Assembly: GCF_964213995.1 (NCBI RefSeq)
Contig: NC_135804.1
Location: 68,634,001-68,698,000 of the forward strand
DNA: 64,000 bases
Reading direction: 5' to 3'
Source of the DNA: Mustelus asterias
Taxonomy: Eukaryota
Shown: piece after piece, positions 39,271-53,700 of the stretch
Numbering within the stretch: the stretch's first letter is position 1
Layout of the letters: each line of letters starts with the position of its first letter
Program-made: the position numbers and the translations under genes
The notes under the pieces: model-generated
Databases searched by the model: none
Told to the model about the DNA's origin: nothing
Seen by the model: only the letters and a program-made list of their open reading frames with translations

Positions 39271-40867
39271 CACAGGTTTTATTAGGTTGGGTATCCAGGA
39301 CTCCTACATGTTACTGCAGTTCCAGGCCTTTTCACTGTTATGTATTAGTAATTCCCTTAGCAGAATGTATATCTCAATATTACCTGCTCTTAACACAAGT
39401 CTCACATGTTGCACAGTTCACCTATATTGTGGCCGTTTATAACGTAAGTCAAAACTATTGCAGTTTGTGTATTCCAATCATTCCTACATATTTGTTATAT
39501 CGCAAAGAAATTATTAGTTAATGTTCAAAAGTCTTGTAGCATTGCACCTGAATCTCCTGGTTTAATAATGAGCTAAAATGCACTGGTGCGGAGAGATAGT
39601 CTGACTATTCTTTCCACTCTAAAAATGACAAGAATAAATCTAGTCGAACGCGGGGAGAATTGGGCGTGTTTTTATCACTTAACATATTTCGCTTTTTGAA
39701 GATTTTCCACATGAGTTCCACTGATTACCGCAATGGAGTATCACGATGTTCCTTCCTAATTGTTGCAGAGATCAAAATACCTTGGTCTGCAATTGTTAAA
39801 TAAAGATAGCCGTTAAATTATTATGCCAATGCTGAGGGATGAATGGTTTACATCGACTAGTTTTAATAATGCAATGATGTATACATCTCAATAACCTGAT
39901 TGCCAAACGGGGTTTGTTACCATCTTCCGATTCCCTCAATTGGAATGTTCATTACGTCAACCGCGCAATTAAATATTTCCGAAACTACGGATTAAAAACA
40001 CAAGCTCCAGTTGTCATCGTTTTACTATTCATCTCCATATTTTTAAAATTGGCGCTACCCTCCTCTCCGGCCATTTCTTTCACTATTGGATGCCGGTGTC
40101 TGCGGACAATAGTCCAAACTCATTTGTCAGAGAAGAACATTCCAGCGCATTCGCTCATTGTTAGCCATTAGATTCCCCTCGCTACGCTCTGCCGAGCGGA
40201 CGTACAGCCCACAAAGAGGAAAGAACACTGATAACTACTGTGCAAATATGGTTACACCCGCATTAAACTCATTAGTGTATCATTCCTAATTTATTTTGTG
40301 TTTAGCTCCAAATTCAACTCCTTAAAATTTTAGACATTTGGTTCCCAAGGCTTTAGATGACTGAGTCCTGTAGTTCGCAGTGGCTCAGCTGTAACGAATC
40401 TCGTTATGAGTTGAGCCAGTGGGCGACAGAAACCGCAAGAGAAATGTTATCCCTTTAATTGGTCTTCGAACAATGCGAACAGGAGGAGACAACTCCTTGA
40501 GTCACAAGGAATAGACCACTCGACCCCTGGAGCTTGCTCAATCATTCAATACTGAAATCATTTGTAGAGTGCTCTGCCTGGAATTGTGATGGAGGCAGAT
40601 TCTATGGTGGCTTTCAAAAGATTATTATTGGATAATAAGCTGAAAAAGAAAATCCATTGCAGGGAAAAGACATGAGAGTGGCACTTTTTGTAAAGCGCTT
40701 TTCACGCGTCTTACAACCAATGAAGTACTTTTTGTTGTTCTAAGTGAATAACTCCTGAAAAAAGCCGGCATAGACATGACGGGCAGACCAGCCGCCTTCT
40801 GTGCTCCAAACATTGTATCATTCTAAATATTATTTCAGCAGAAATAGGCTGGGGGCGAGCGAAAAGG

Positions 40868-41195
40868 CGATGGATTGTTGGTGATGTGACTGGGTAATAA
40901 TAGAGGGCCAACCTAATGATCTGGGTACACGGGTTCAAATCCCACCACGGATAGAATTAAAATTCAAGGAATAAATCTGGATTTAAACAACTAATCACAG
41001 TAACAGTAACCATGAATCGATGGTCCTAAAAACCCGTCGGATTCACTAATGTGAATGAAATCTACCGTTCTTAACTGCTCTGACTTACATGTGACTCTAG
41101 ACTCACGGCAATGTGGTGGATACTTGTCCTCTGGTATGGTGTCGAAATGGGTCGGGCAACTATGCAGCGACGCCCACATCCCACGAAAGAATACA
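40868..41195 (+). mobile_element. tRNA-derived SINE (non-HE1) with tail resembling the LINE at 8880-10025
   Basis: B box GGTTCAAATCCC; tail GGGCAA...CAGCGACGCCCACATCCCACGAAAGAAT. Confidence 0.6.
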
Positions 41196-42536
41196 TTTTA
41201 AAAATTAAGATGTTAAACATAGTTCAGCATTCTTTATTTTGTTTCAGAGTATGTGCCTTACGTTTAAAAGCACTAAAATAGCGACAGTTGATTCAAGTGT
41301 TTCTGATCTTCTAGGCAGAAATCTTCTAATATTAAACAATATACTGCCTTATATTTATTTATAGATTTCATTTAAATCTTGTAGGTCCTGAGATCCCCCT
41401 TACATTTGGATTTCTGCATCTCTGGGGGACTAGTCTCATCATTAGGGAACGAGTTTGCTTAAATAAAAATAAATGTCCGTATTTATTACCTGAACGGGAG
41501 GAAAACAAAATCAAAAAGGGAGCCAAGACTTTCAGTTACATATACAAAAATATAGCTGATTGTGAATGAACAGTTCAAAGTCCAGGGTCCAAAATGAATT
41601 GAACAATTTACCCACGGATTTATAATGTTAAAGTCACCAAGACTGTTTAATTTTGAAAATTAGCGCAAATAATTTTTCAATTATGATTTTGGTGACTGCA
41701 GCGGCAGCGGTGAATTAGGATTATTCAACTGTTGGAAAAATGGAAAGGAACTTTCCAACGCTCCGACCCACGGGCGGAGTTGGTCACTGAGCAGTACCTG
41801 CCATTTTCGGTCCTATCAAGGAACTGAACCCAGAGTTATGGGAAGTGGCTCCACCATTTTCGAGTCGAACTCCTGCTGCGTGTAACGTCCGGCAGGTAGT
41901 TGGACAGTTCGCCCCTATTGTCAAACATAGGTTGGACACAAAGCAAATCCTTAAAATGGGATATCAAGATCATCCTCCACCTTGCACTGTACCTATACCA
42001 AAGTGTTTTCCCCCTCAAACAATGAACTGTTTCAAAGTTTTGATCTTCGAAACAATAAAAAAGATTTATTCATCGCTGAACGTCAATATCCAACCGAATA
42101 CGTTTCAAATGTATATTTATATGATATCGTAGATATTTAACATAATAATTAGACCTATTGCATTTTATTGCAATTATACATTAACAATACAGAGACAGCG
42201 ACATTGCACAATACCGCACGTGCAAACGTGAGGTTTAGGTTTCTCAACACCCGTGTGGTAGATCAGATGTAGCCGAATTACAGGACACCTGGGGATTGTG
42301 AAACAAAATGTTACCATTAGATTTGTGAAATGTAAAATAAAGCCTCCTTTCACCTGTTCCACACAGCAGGCAGTATGTTGCGACATCTTTCCATCACTCT
42401 GTGCCCATAAATTAAATCTAACCAAAGTAATTAGCTAATTGGCTCCGTGCAACGTGACTTCATGTCGAAAAACGACAGATGGAAAAATAAAATTCAGAGT
42501 TTTTTTTAATTGTAAACAGAAAACAGGTTTCAATAA

Positions 42537-44957
42537 ATAGAACAGAGAACATAGAACAGTACAGCACAGAACAGGGTCATGGGCCCACGATGTTGTGCCG
42601 AGCTTTATCTGAAACCAAGATTAAGCTATCCCACTCCCTATCATCCTGGTGTGCTCCATGTGCCTATCCAATAACGGCTTAAATGTTCCTAAAGTGTCTG
42701 ACTCCACTATCACTGCAGGCAGTCCATTCCACACCCCAACCACTCTCTGCGTAAAGAACCTGCCTCTGATATCCTTCCTATATCTCCCACCATGAACCCT
42801 ATAGTTATGCCCCCTCGTAATAGCTCCATCCACCCGAGGAAATAGTCGCTGAACGTTCACTCTATCTATCCCCTTCATCATTTTATAAACCTCTATTAAG
42901 TCTCCCCTCAGCCTCCTCCGCTCCAGAGAGAACAGCCCAAGCTCCCTCAACCTTTCCTCATAAGACCTACCCTCCAAACCAGGCAGCATCCTGGGAAATC
43001 TCCTCTGCACTCTTTCCAGCGCTTCTACATCTTCTTATAGTGAGGTGACCAGAACTGCACACAATATTCCAAATGTGGTCGCACCAAGGTCCTGTACAGT
43101 TGCAGCATAACCCCACTGCTCTTAAGCTCCAACCCCCTGTTAATAAAAGCTAACACACTATAGGCCTTCTTCACAGCTCTATCCACTTGAGTGGCAACCT
43201 TTAGAGATCTGTGGATATGGACCCCAAGATCTCTCTGTTGCTTCACAGTCTTCAGAACCCTACCTTTGACCCTGTAATCCACATTTAAATTAGTCCTACC
43301 AAAATGAATCACCTCACATTTATCAGGGTTAAACTCCATTTGCCATTTTCAGCCCAGCTTTGCATCCTATCTATGTCTCTTTGCAGTCTACAACAGCCCT
43401 CCACCTCATCCACTACTCAACCAATCTTGGTGTCATCAGCAAACTTACTGATCCACCCTTCAGCCCCCTCCTCTAAGTCATCAATAAACATCACAAAGAG
43501 CAGAGGACCAAGCACTGATCCCTGTGGCACTCCGATAGCAACCTGCCTCCAATCCGAAAATTTCCCATCCACCACCACCCTCTGTCTTCGATCCGATAGC
43601 CAGTTACCTATCCAATTGGCCAACGTTCCCTCTATCCCACACCTCCTTACTTTCATAATAAGCCGACCATGGGAGACCTTATCAAATGCCTTACTAAAAT
43701 CCATGTATATGACATCAACTGCCCTACCTTCATCAACACACTCAGTTACCTCCTCAAAAAATTCTATCAAATTTGTGAGGCACGACTTGCCCTTCACGAA
43801 TCCGTGCTGACTATCCCGGATTAATCCGCATCTTTCCAAATGGTCGTAAATCCCATCCCTAAGGACCTTTTCCATCAATTTACCAACCACTGAAGTAAGA
43901 CTAACCGGTCTATAATTACCAGGGTCATTTCTATTCCCTTTCTTAAACAGAGGAACAACATTTGCCACTCTCCAGTCCTCTGGCACCATCTCCGTGGACA
44001 GTGAGGACCCAAAGATCAAAGTCAAAGGCTCTGCAATCTCATCCCTTGCCTCCCAGAGAATCCGAGGATATATTTCATCAGGCCCAGGGGACTTATCGAC
44101 CTTCAGTTTATTCAAATTTGCCAGTACATCCTCCCGCCGAACATCTATTTCCTCCAGCCTATTAGCCTGTAACACCTTCTCTTCCTCAAAAACATGACCG
44201 CTCTCCTTGGTGAACACTGAAGAAAAGTATTCATTCATCACCTCGCCTATCTCTACTGACTCCATACACAAGTTCCCACTACTGTCCTTGACCAGCCCTA
44301 CCTCACCCTGGTCATTCTTTTATTCCTCACATAAGAGTAAAAAGCCTTGGGGTTTTCCTTGATCCGACCCACCAAGGACTTCTCATGTCCCCTCCTAGCT
44401 CTCCTAAGCCCCTTTTTCAGCTCATTCCTTGCTAACTTGTAACCCTCAATCGAGCCATCTGAACCTTGTTTCCTCATTTCTACATAAGCTTCCCTCTTCC
44501 TTTTCACAAGACATTCCACCTCTTTCGTGAACCATGGTTCCCTCACTCGGCCATTTCCTCCCTGCCTGACAGGGACATACCTATCAAGGACACCCAGTAT
44601 GTGTTCCTTGAAAAAGTTCCACTTTTCATTAGTGCCTTTCCCTGACAGTTTCTGTTCCCATCTTATGCCCCCTAATTCTTGCCAAATCGCATCATAATTA
44701 CCTCTCCCCCAATTGTAAACCTTGCCCTGCCGTACGGCCCTATCCCTCTCCATTGCAATAACAAAACACACCAAATTGTGGTCACTATCTCCAAAGTGCT
44801 CTCCCACAACCAAATCTAACACTTGGCCCGGTTCATTTCCCAGTACCAAATCCAATGTGGCCTCACCTCTTGTCGGCCTAGCCACATATTGTGTCAGGAA
44901 ACCCTCCTGCACACACTGCACAAAAACTGCCCCATCCGAACTATTTGACCTACAAAC
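42537..44957 (-). mobile_element. CR1 LINE (end of endonuclease through RT and tail)
   Basis: ORFs 44298-(44957), 43417-44271, 43025-43339 and 42621-43010 with canonical motifs. Confidence 0.95.
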
Positions 44958-45457
44958 GTAGGTGAAATAATGGAAAAAAAATGAAAAAAACAATGAAACT
45001 GTGAGGTTCAATAGGATTAAAATTTTACTGTTTCGCAAAATCCCTTTTGTGGAAGTGGATTTTCTGTCCTTTACATGGTTTATATCTGATACCAATCGAC
45101 TTTTGACTAAGGTTAAACATAGGGTCAAGCGTAAGTTCAGGTGTAATACGCATTTCATAAGCTCGGATCTAGTATGTCTATTTTTGTGGGGACCATGAAT
45201 TGGATACAATCTGAATTCATATTATTATTCGGAGCTAGCAAGGCGATAGATTAAGAGCTTGCCCAATCCAGTCTGTGCATTGGCTTTAAAATTCTGAGAA
45301 AGGAATAACATTTTTAAAATGGCCCCAAACCTGTTGGCCATCTGTCACTTATAGGAAGACTGGAGGGTTGGCAGGATGACATGGAGACCTTATATTAAAC
45401 TTTTGCCCTCAGAGAATATTGAGGACCTCAAAAGGTACGACAAAAGTTGGAAAATAG

Positions 45458-46510
45458 TGATTTGATTTGATTTATTATTGTCACATGTATTAGTATACTG
45501 TGAGAAGTATTGTTTCTTGCGCGCTATACAAAGCATACCGTTATAGAGAAGGAAACGAGAAAGTGCAGAATGTAGTGTGACAATCATTACTAGGGTGAAG
45601 AGAAGATCAACTTAAGGTAAGGTAGTCAAAGAATCTACAGTGCAGAAGGAGACCATTTGGCCCATCGAGCCTGCACTGACAACAATCCCATCTAGGTCTT
45701 GTCCCGTAACCCCACATATTCACCCCCGTAATCCCTCTGACATTAAGGGGCCATTTATCGTGGCCAATCAACCTACATCTTTGGACTGTAGGAGGAACCC
45801 GGAGCACCCGGAGGAAACCCACGCAGACACGGAGAGAATGAGCAAACTCCGCACAGTCACCTGAGGCTGGAATTGAACTCAGGTCCCTGGCACTGTGAGG
45901 CAGCAGTGCTAACCACTTTGCCACCATACAGAGATACGTCCATTCAAAAGTCTGATGGCAGCAGGGAAGAAGCTGTTATTGAGTCGGTTGGTACGTGACC
46001 TCAGACTTTTGTATCTTTTTCCCAATGGAAGGAGTTGGAAGAGAGAATGATCGGGATGCATGGGGTCCTTAATTATGCTGGCTGCTTTGCCGAGGCAGCG
46101 GGAAGTGTGGACAGAGTTAATGGATGGGAGGCTGGTCTGCATGATGGATTCGGCTACGTTCACAACCTTTTGTAGTTTCTTGCCGTCTTGGGCAGAGATG
46201 GAGCCATACCAAGCTGTGATACAACCAGAAAGAATGCTTTCTATGGTGCATCTGTAAAAGTTGGTGAGAGTCCTGGCTGACATGCTAAATTTCCTTAGTC
46301 TTCTGAGAAAGTAGAGGTGTTGGTGGGGCTTTCTTAACTACAGTACCAGCATGGGGGGACCAAGACAGATTGTTGGTGATCTGGACACGCAAAAGCTTGA
46401 AGCTCTCGGCCATTTCTACTTCATCCCCATTGATGTGGACAGGGGCATGTTCCTGACGATCTCCTTTATTTTGTTAACATTGAGGGAGAGAGTATTGTCG
46501 CTGCACCAGT
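45458..46510 (-). mobile_element. Rex-Babar-like LINE 3' fragment
   Basis: ORF 45909-46283 LTNFYRCTIESILSGCITAWYG...RLNNSFFPAAIRLLN; (TCAAA)n tail at 45458-45473. Confidence 0.82.
45628..45925 (-). mobile_element. HE1-type SINE nested in the Rex-like LINE
   Basis: HE1 head, core and tail. Confidence 0.87.
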
Positions 46511-47737
46511 TATTTCACGAGATTATTGTTAGCAGTAAACAAAAGAACATAGATAATATTCCCTTATTTCGAGTTAATTGGACTGGTTCCGCCAATTGTA
46601 CAACTAATGTGCTGGCGCGAAATTTCGATCGGGAGCCTATGGGCCCAATGCTAACGTTCATCGACTCCGACACGATTTTCCGGGTTTGCTCCCATTGCTG
46701 TGCGCAGAAAATGAGAACAGGAACTGCTCTGGTATCGAGTTAGAGAAAATTGCAACACAGACGCAAATGTATTCGCCCCGAAATCTCTGTTGCCGATGCT
46801 TTGGAAAGGATATCCAATTGCTCCCACCGATTGTCTTTAAAACATCTCCTTTTCGAAAATATGAAAAACATTATTTAATCGGCACAATTGGTATCGTTAT
46901 ATCTGTTGGGGAAAAATAATTTTCCTGCCCTTCAAACAGAACGCACTTGCAAATACTTCCAATTATCCTGCACTGTGTAATGACAGTGGTGCCACATGAC
47001 CACACCAAGATAACAACGATCATAATTAACTGATTGGATACACGAAGTAATTAAAAATGTAGATACACGTTGAAGTGCTATCGGGAAGTATTTTACTCAG
47101 CAGCTGGAATTTCTCTTCAAGATTGCAACAATGAGTAAAAGGAATACGCTTCTTGAAAATATCATGAGGAGATTGGGGACTAGGTTGTTAGCAATGCTTT
47201 CGGAATCATCTGACTTTCGTGACTTCTCTACACAAACGATAATATAAGTTCTTTCACCAAATAATTTCAAATAACATAGCTTAATATGTGGCTCTGTGTG
47301 CTGGACAATAAGGATCTCTGTATATCCCTGTGGATCAAAGATCATAACTCAAAAGTTCGTTGCTGAAGTCCCCAAGTTCCTTGCCCTCCAGTTGTGAAAT
47401 TTGTACAGCTTTTCATTGAATCTCGAGTGTGTATGCAGACGTTTCATGAACTTATGGTTCGGCAATAAATTGGGATGCATGGAAAGGAAAAATTAAATGA
47501 CTTGATGGATCTTACGAACCATGAGGACAATTGAAGCTCGAAATGGTGCAAGCGGAAATGTCCATTTAAAATGTACTCATTACAGACTCAATGAAGGAGA
47601 AATATTTTTGACCGCTGTTGGATAACGGTTAACGAGCGCTTGCTTAGCTGTTCGGTTGCATTGTTGAATACGAATTAATCGGACCTTTCATAAAAACTGT
47701 TCAGCGGTTAGTGATGCAGTGAAAACTGTTGGCCCAA

Positions 47738-50700
47738 ATTTGGCGAGGTTGCCCTCTTTTTAGGTCAAACCAAATAAACAAACTCAAATTAAGTCAGAAC
47801 AAAGTAAAAGGGTCAGCTCCCCAAAAAGGAGGGGGAACAGCCCGAACAGAAATCAAAGTACAAAGGAAACTTAAAAACATCAAATTAAAATGTGATTATT
47901 AGTGTCGATAACGCACCCCAACATCTGCGGTGCCCGGCGGGCACGGGAGGCATCAACCGCACCCGTGGACACCACATGCTCCTTCTCCAGGGACACCTGG
48001 TCGCGGACGTAGCCGCGGTAGAGGGGAAGACAGACAGGATGGACGGCCCCCTCGATCGCCCGCTGCCTGGACCGGTAAATGGCGCGTTTCGCCAGGCCCA
48101 GGAGCAGGTTCACGAGTAGGTCGCCATCCCAACCCTCCCCTCTCTGCACCGGGTGTCCATAGATCAGGAGCGTGGGACTGAAGTGCAGACAAAACATCAA
48201 TAAAAGGTTCTTCAGGAAAACATAAAGGGAGTGCAGCCTAAGCCATAAAACAGAGGCATGGTCCACGGACTCCACAAGGCCGCAGAAAGGGCAGTCTTCG
48301 GAGCCCGTGAACCAGTGAATTCTACGGTTGTGCGGAACTGCTGCATGCATCAACCTCCAACCCAGGTCCCCGACGTAATTGGGGGAGATCCCTTCGTAGA
48401 GGGACCTCCAGCGGGGATTTGGCGAGGTTGCCCTCTTTATAGGTCAAACCGAATAAACAAACTCAGGTTAAGTCAGGACAAAGTAAAAGGGGCAGCTCCC
48501 CAAAAAGGAGGGGGAACAGCCTGAAGAGAAATCAAAGTACAAAGGAAACTTAAAAACATCAAATTAAAATGTGATTATTAGGGTCAATAATGCACCCAAA
48601 CCCCTGCGGTGCCCAGCGGGCGCGGAAAGCATCAACCGCGCCCGTGGACACCGCATGCTCCCTCTCCAGGGACACCTGGCCGTGAACGTAGCCGCGGTAG
48701 AGGGGCAGACAGTCAGGATGGATGGCCCACTCGATCGCCCGCTGCCTGGACCGGTAAATGGCGCATTTCGCCAGTCCCAGGAGCAGGTTCATGAAGAGGT
48801 CGCCATCCCGACACTCCCCTCTCTGCACCGGGTGTCTGTAGATCAGGAGCGTGGGACTGAAGTGCAAACAAAACATCAATAAAAGGTTCTTCAGGAAAAC
48901 ATAAAGGGAGTGCAGCCTAAGACACACAACATAGACATGGTCCACGGACTCCACAAGGCCGCAGAAAGGGCAGTCTTCGGAGCCCGTGAACCAGTGAATC
49001 CTACTGTTGTGCGGAACTGCTGCATGCATCACCCTCCACCCCAGGTCCCCGACGTAATTGGGAGAGATCCCTTCGGAGAGGGACATCCAGCGGGGATTTG
49101 GTGAGGTTGCCCTCTTTTTAGGTCAAACCAAATAAACAACCTCAGGTTAGGTCAGGACAAAGTAAAAGGGTCAGCTCCCCAAAAAGGAGGGGGAACAGCC
49201 CGAACAGAAATCAAAGTACAAAGGAAACTTAAAAACATCAAATTAAAATGTGATTATTAGGGTCAATAATGCACCACAACCCCTGCGGTGCCCAGCGGGT
49301 GCGGAAACGTAAACCGCGTCCGTGGACACCGCATGCTCCCTCTCCAGGGACACCTGGCCGCGAACGTAGCCGCGGGAGAGGGGCAAGCAGTCAGGATGGA
49401 CGGCCCCCTCGATCGCCCGCAGCCTGGACCGGTAAATGGCGCGTGTCGCCAGGCCGAGGAGCAGGCTCACGAGGAGGTCGCCATCCCGCCCTCCCCTCTC
49501 CGCATCGGGTGTCTGTATATCAGGAACGTGGGACTGAAATGCAGACAAATCATCAATAAAAGGTTCTTCAGGAAAACATAAAGGGAGTGCAGCCGAAGAC
49601 ACACAACATAGACATGGTCCATGGAGTCTACAAGGCCACAGAAAGGGCAGTCTTCGGAGCCCGTGAACCAGTGAATCCACGGTTGTGCGGAATGGCTGCA
49701 TACATCACCCTCCACCCCAGGTCCCCGACGTAATTGTGGGAGATCCCCCCATAGAGGGACCTCCAGCGGGGATTTGGCGAGGTTGCCCTCTTTTTAGGTC
49801 AAACCAAATAAACAAACTCAGATTAAATCAGGACAAAGTAAAAGGGGCAGTCCTCAAAAAGGAGGGGGAACAGCCCAAACAGAAATCAAAGTACAATGGA
49901 AACTTAAAAACATCAAATTAAAATGTGATTATTCGGGTCAATAATACACCCCAACCACTGCGGTGCCCAGCGGGCGTGGAAGGCGTCAACCCTGCCCGTG
50001 TACACGGCATGCTCCCTCTCCAGGGACACCTGGCCGCGAACGTAGCCGTGGTAGAGGGGCAGGCAGTCAGGATGGACGGCCCCCTCGATCGCCCGCTGCC
50101 TGGACTGGAAAATGGCGCATTTCGCCAGGCCCAGGAGCAGGTTCACGAGGAGGTCGCCATCCCGAAACTGCCCTCTCCGCAACGGGTGTCAGTAGATCAG
50201 GAGCGTGGGACTGAAGTGCAGACAAAACATCAATCAAAGGTTCTTCAGGAAAATATGAACGGAGTGCAGCCTAAGCCATAAAACATAGACATGGTCCACG
50301 GACTCCACATGGCCGCAGAAAGGGCAGTCTTCGGAGCCCGTGAACCAGTGAATCCTACGGTTGTGCGGAACTGCTGCATGCATCACCCTCCACCCCAGGT
50401 CCCCGACGTAATTGGGGGAGATCCCTCCGTAGAGAGACCTCCAGCGGGGATTTGGCAAGGTTGCCCTCTTTTTAGGTCAAACCAAATAAACAAACTCAAA
50501 TTAAATCAGGACAAAGTAAAAGGGGCAGCTCCCAAAAAAGGAGGGGGAACAGCCCGAACAGAAATCAAAGTACAAAGGAAACTTAAAAACAGCAAATTAA
50601 AATGTGATTATTAGGGTCAATAATGCACCCCAACCCCTGCGGTGCCCAGCGGGCGCAGAAGGCGTCAACCGCACCCGTGGACACCGCATGCTCCCTCTCC

Positions 50701-53700
50701 AGGGACACCTGGCCGTGAACGTAGCCACGGGAGAGGGTCAGGCAGTCAGGATGGACGGCCTCCTCGATCGCCCGCTGCCTGGACCGGTAAATGGCGCGTT
50801 TCGCCAGGCCCAGGAGCAGGTTCACGAGGAGGTCGCCATCCCGACCCTCCCCTCTCCTCACCGGGTGTCCGTAGATCAGGAGCGTGGGACTGAAGTGCAG
50901 ACAAAACATCAATAAAATGTTCTTTAGGAAAACATAAAGGGAGTGCAGCCTAAGACACACAACATAGACATGGTCCACGGACTCCACAAGGCTGCAGAAA
51001 GGGCAGACTTCGGAGCCCGTGAACCAGTGGATTCTACGGTTGTGCGGAACTGCTGCATGCATCAACCTCCACCCCAGGACCCCAACGTAATTGGGGGAGA
51101 TCCCTTCGTAGAGGGACCGCCAGTGGGGATTTGGCGAGGTTGCCCTCTTTATAGGTCAAACCAAATAAACAAACTCAGGTTAAGTCAGGACAAAGTAAAA
51201 GGGGCAGCTCCCCAAAAAGGAGGGGGAACAGCCCGAACAGAAATCAAAGTACAAAGGAAACTTAAAAACATCAAATTAAAATGTGATTATTAGGGTCAAT
51301 AATGCACCCAAACCCCTGCGGTGCCCAGCGGGCGCGGAAAGCATCAACCGCGCACGTGGACACCGCATGCTCCCTCTCCAGGGACACCTGGCCGCGAACG
51401 TAGCCGCGGTAGAGGGGCAAGCAGTCAGGATGGATGGCCCGCTCGATCGCCCGCTGCCTGGACCGGTAAATGGCACGTTTCGCCAGTCCCAGGAGCAGGT
51501 TCACGAGGAGGTCGCCATCCCGCCCTCCCCTCTCCGCATCGGGTGTCCGTATATCAGGAACGTGGGACTGAAATGCAGACAAATCATCAATAAAAGGTTC
51601 TTCAGGAAAACATAAAGGGAGTGCAGCCTAAGACACACAACATAGACATGGTACATGGAGTCTACAAGGCCACAGAAAGGGCAGTCTTCGGAGCCCGTGA
51701 ACCAGTGAATCCTACGGTTGTGCAGAACGGCTGCATACATCACCCTCCACCCCAGGTCCCCGACGTAATTGTGGGAGATCCCCCCATAGAGGGACCTCCA
51801 GCGGGGATTTGGTGAGGTTGCCCTCTTTTTAGGTCAAACCAAATAAACAAACTCAGATTAAATCAGGACAAAGTAAAAGGGGCAGCTCCTCAAAAAGGAG
51901 GGGGAACAGCCCAAACAGAAATCAAAGTACAAAGGAAACTTAAAAACATCAAGTTAAAATGTGATTATTCGGGTCAATAATGCACCCCAACCAGTGCGGT
52001 GCCCAGCGGGCGCGGAAGGCGTCAACCCTGCCCGTGTACACGGCATGCTCCATCTCCAGGGACACCTGGCCGCGAACGTAGCCGTGGTAGAGGGGCAGGC
52101 AGTAAGGATGGACGGCCCCCTCGATCGCCCGCTGCCTGGACCGGTAAATGGCGCATTTCGCCAGGCCCAGGAGCAGGTTCACGAGGAGGTCGCCATCCCG
52201 AAACTCCCCTCTCCGCAGCGGGTGTCCGTAGATCAGGAGCGTGGGACTGAAGTGCAGACAAAACATCAATAAAAGGTTATTCAGGAAAATATGAAGGGAG
52301 TGCAGCCTAAGCCATAAAACATAGACATGGTCCACGGACTCCACATGGCCGCACAAAGGGCAGTCTTCGGAGCCCGTGAACCAGTGAATCCTACGGTTGT
52401 GCGGAACTGCTGCATGCATCACCCTCCACCCCAGGTCCCCGACGTAATTGGGGGAGATCCCTCCGTAGAGAGACCTCCAGCGGGGATTTGGCAAGGTTGC
52501 CCTCTTTTTAGGTCAAACCAAATAAACAAACTCAAATTAAATCAGGACAAAGTAAAAGGGGCAGCTCCCAAAAAAGGAGGGGGAACAGCCCGAACAGAAA
52601 TCAAAGTACAAAGGAAACTTAAAAACATCAAATTAAAATGTGATTATTAGGGTCAATAATGCACCCCAACCCCTGCGGTGCCCAGCGGGTGCGGAAGGCA
52701 TCATCCGCGCCCGTGGACACCGCATGCTCCCTCTCCAGGGACACCTGGCTTCGAACGTAGCCGCGGTAGAGGGGCAGACAGGCAGGATGGACGGCCCCCT
52801 CGATCGCCCGCTGCCTGGACCAGTAAATGGCACGTTTTGCCAGTCCCAGGAGCAGGTTCACGAGGAGGTCGTCATCCTGTCCCTCCCCTCTCCGCACCGG
52901 GTGTCCGTAGATCAGGAGCGTGGGACTGAAGTGCAGACAAAACATCAATAAAAGGTTCTTCAGGAAAACATAAAGGGAGTGCAGCCTAAGACACACAACA
53001 TAGACATGGTCCACGGACTCCACAAGGCCACAGAAAGGGCAGTCTTCGGAGCCCGTGAACCAGTGAATCCTACGGTTGTGCGGAACTGCTGCATGCATCA
53101 CCCTCCACACTATGTCCCCGACGTAATTGGGGGCGATCCCTCCATAGAGGAACCTCCAGCGGAGATTTGGCGAGGTTGCCCTCTTTTTAGGTCAAACCAA
53201 ATAAACAAACTCAGATTAAATCAGGACAAAGTAAAAGGGGCAGCTCCCAAAAAGGGAGGGGGAACAGACCGAACAGAAATCAAAGTACAAAGGAAACTTA
53301 AAAACAGCAAATTAAAATGTGATTATTAGGGTCAATAATGCACCCCAACCCCTGCGGTGCCCAGCGGGCGCGGAAGGCGTCAACCGCACCTGTGGACGCC
53401 GCATGCTCCCTCTCCAGGGACACCTGGCCGCGAACGTAGCCGCGGGAGAGGGGCAGACAGTCAAGATGGCCGGCCCCCTCGATCGCCCGCTGCCGGGACC
53501 GGTAAATGGCGCATTTTGCCAGGCCCAGGAGCAGGTTCACGAGGAGGTCGTCATCCCGTCCCTCCCCTCTCCGCACCGGGTGTCCGTAGATCAGGAGCGT
53601 GGGACTGAAGTGCAGACAAAAGATCAATAAAAGGTTCTTCAGGAAAACATAAAGTGAGTGCAGACTAAGGCACACAGCATAGACATGGTCCACGGACTCC

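Noticed and set aside
44298-45209. 303-aa ORF with a unique N-terminus
   Set aside because: CR1 sequence stops at ~44957; the N-terminal part is read-through into AT-rich flank
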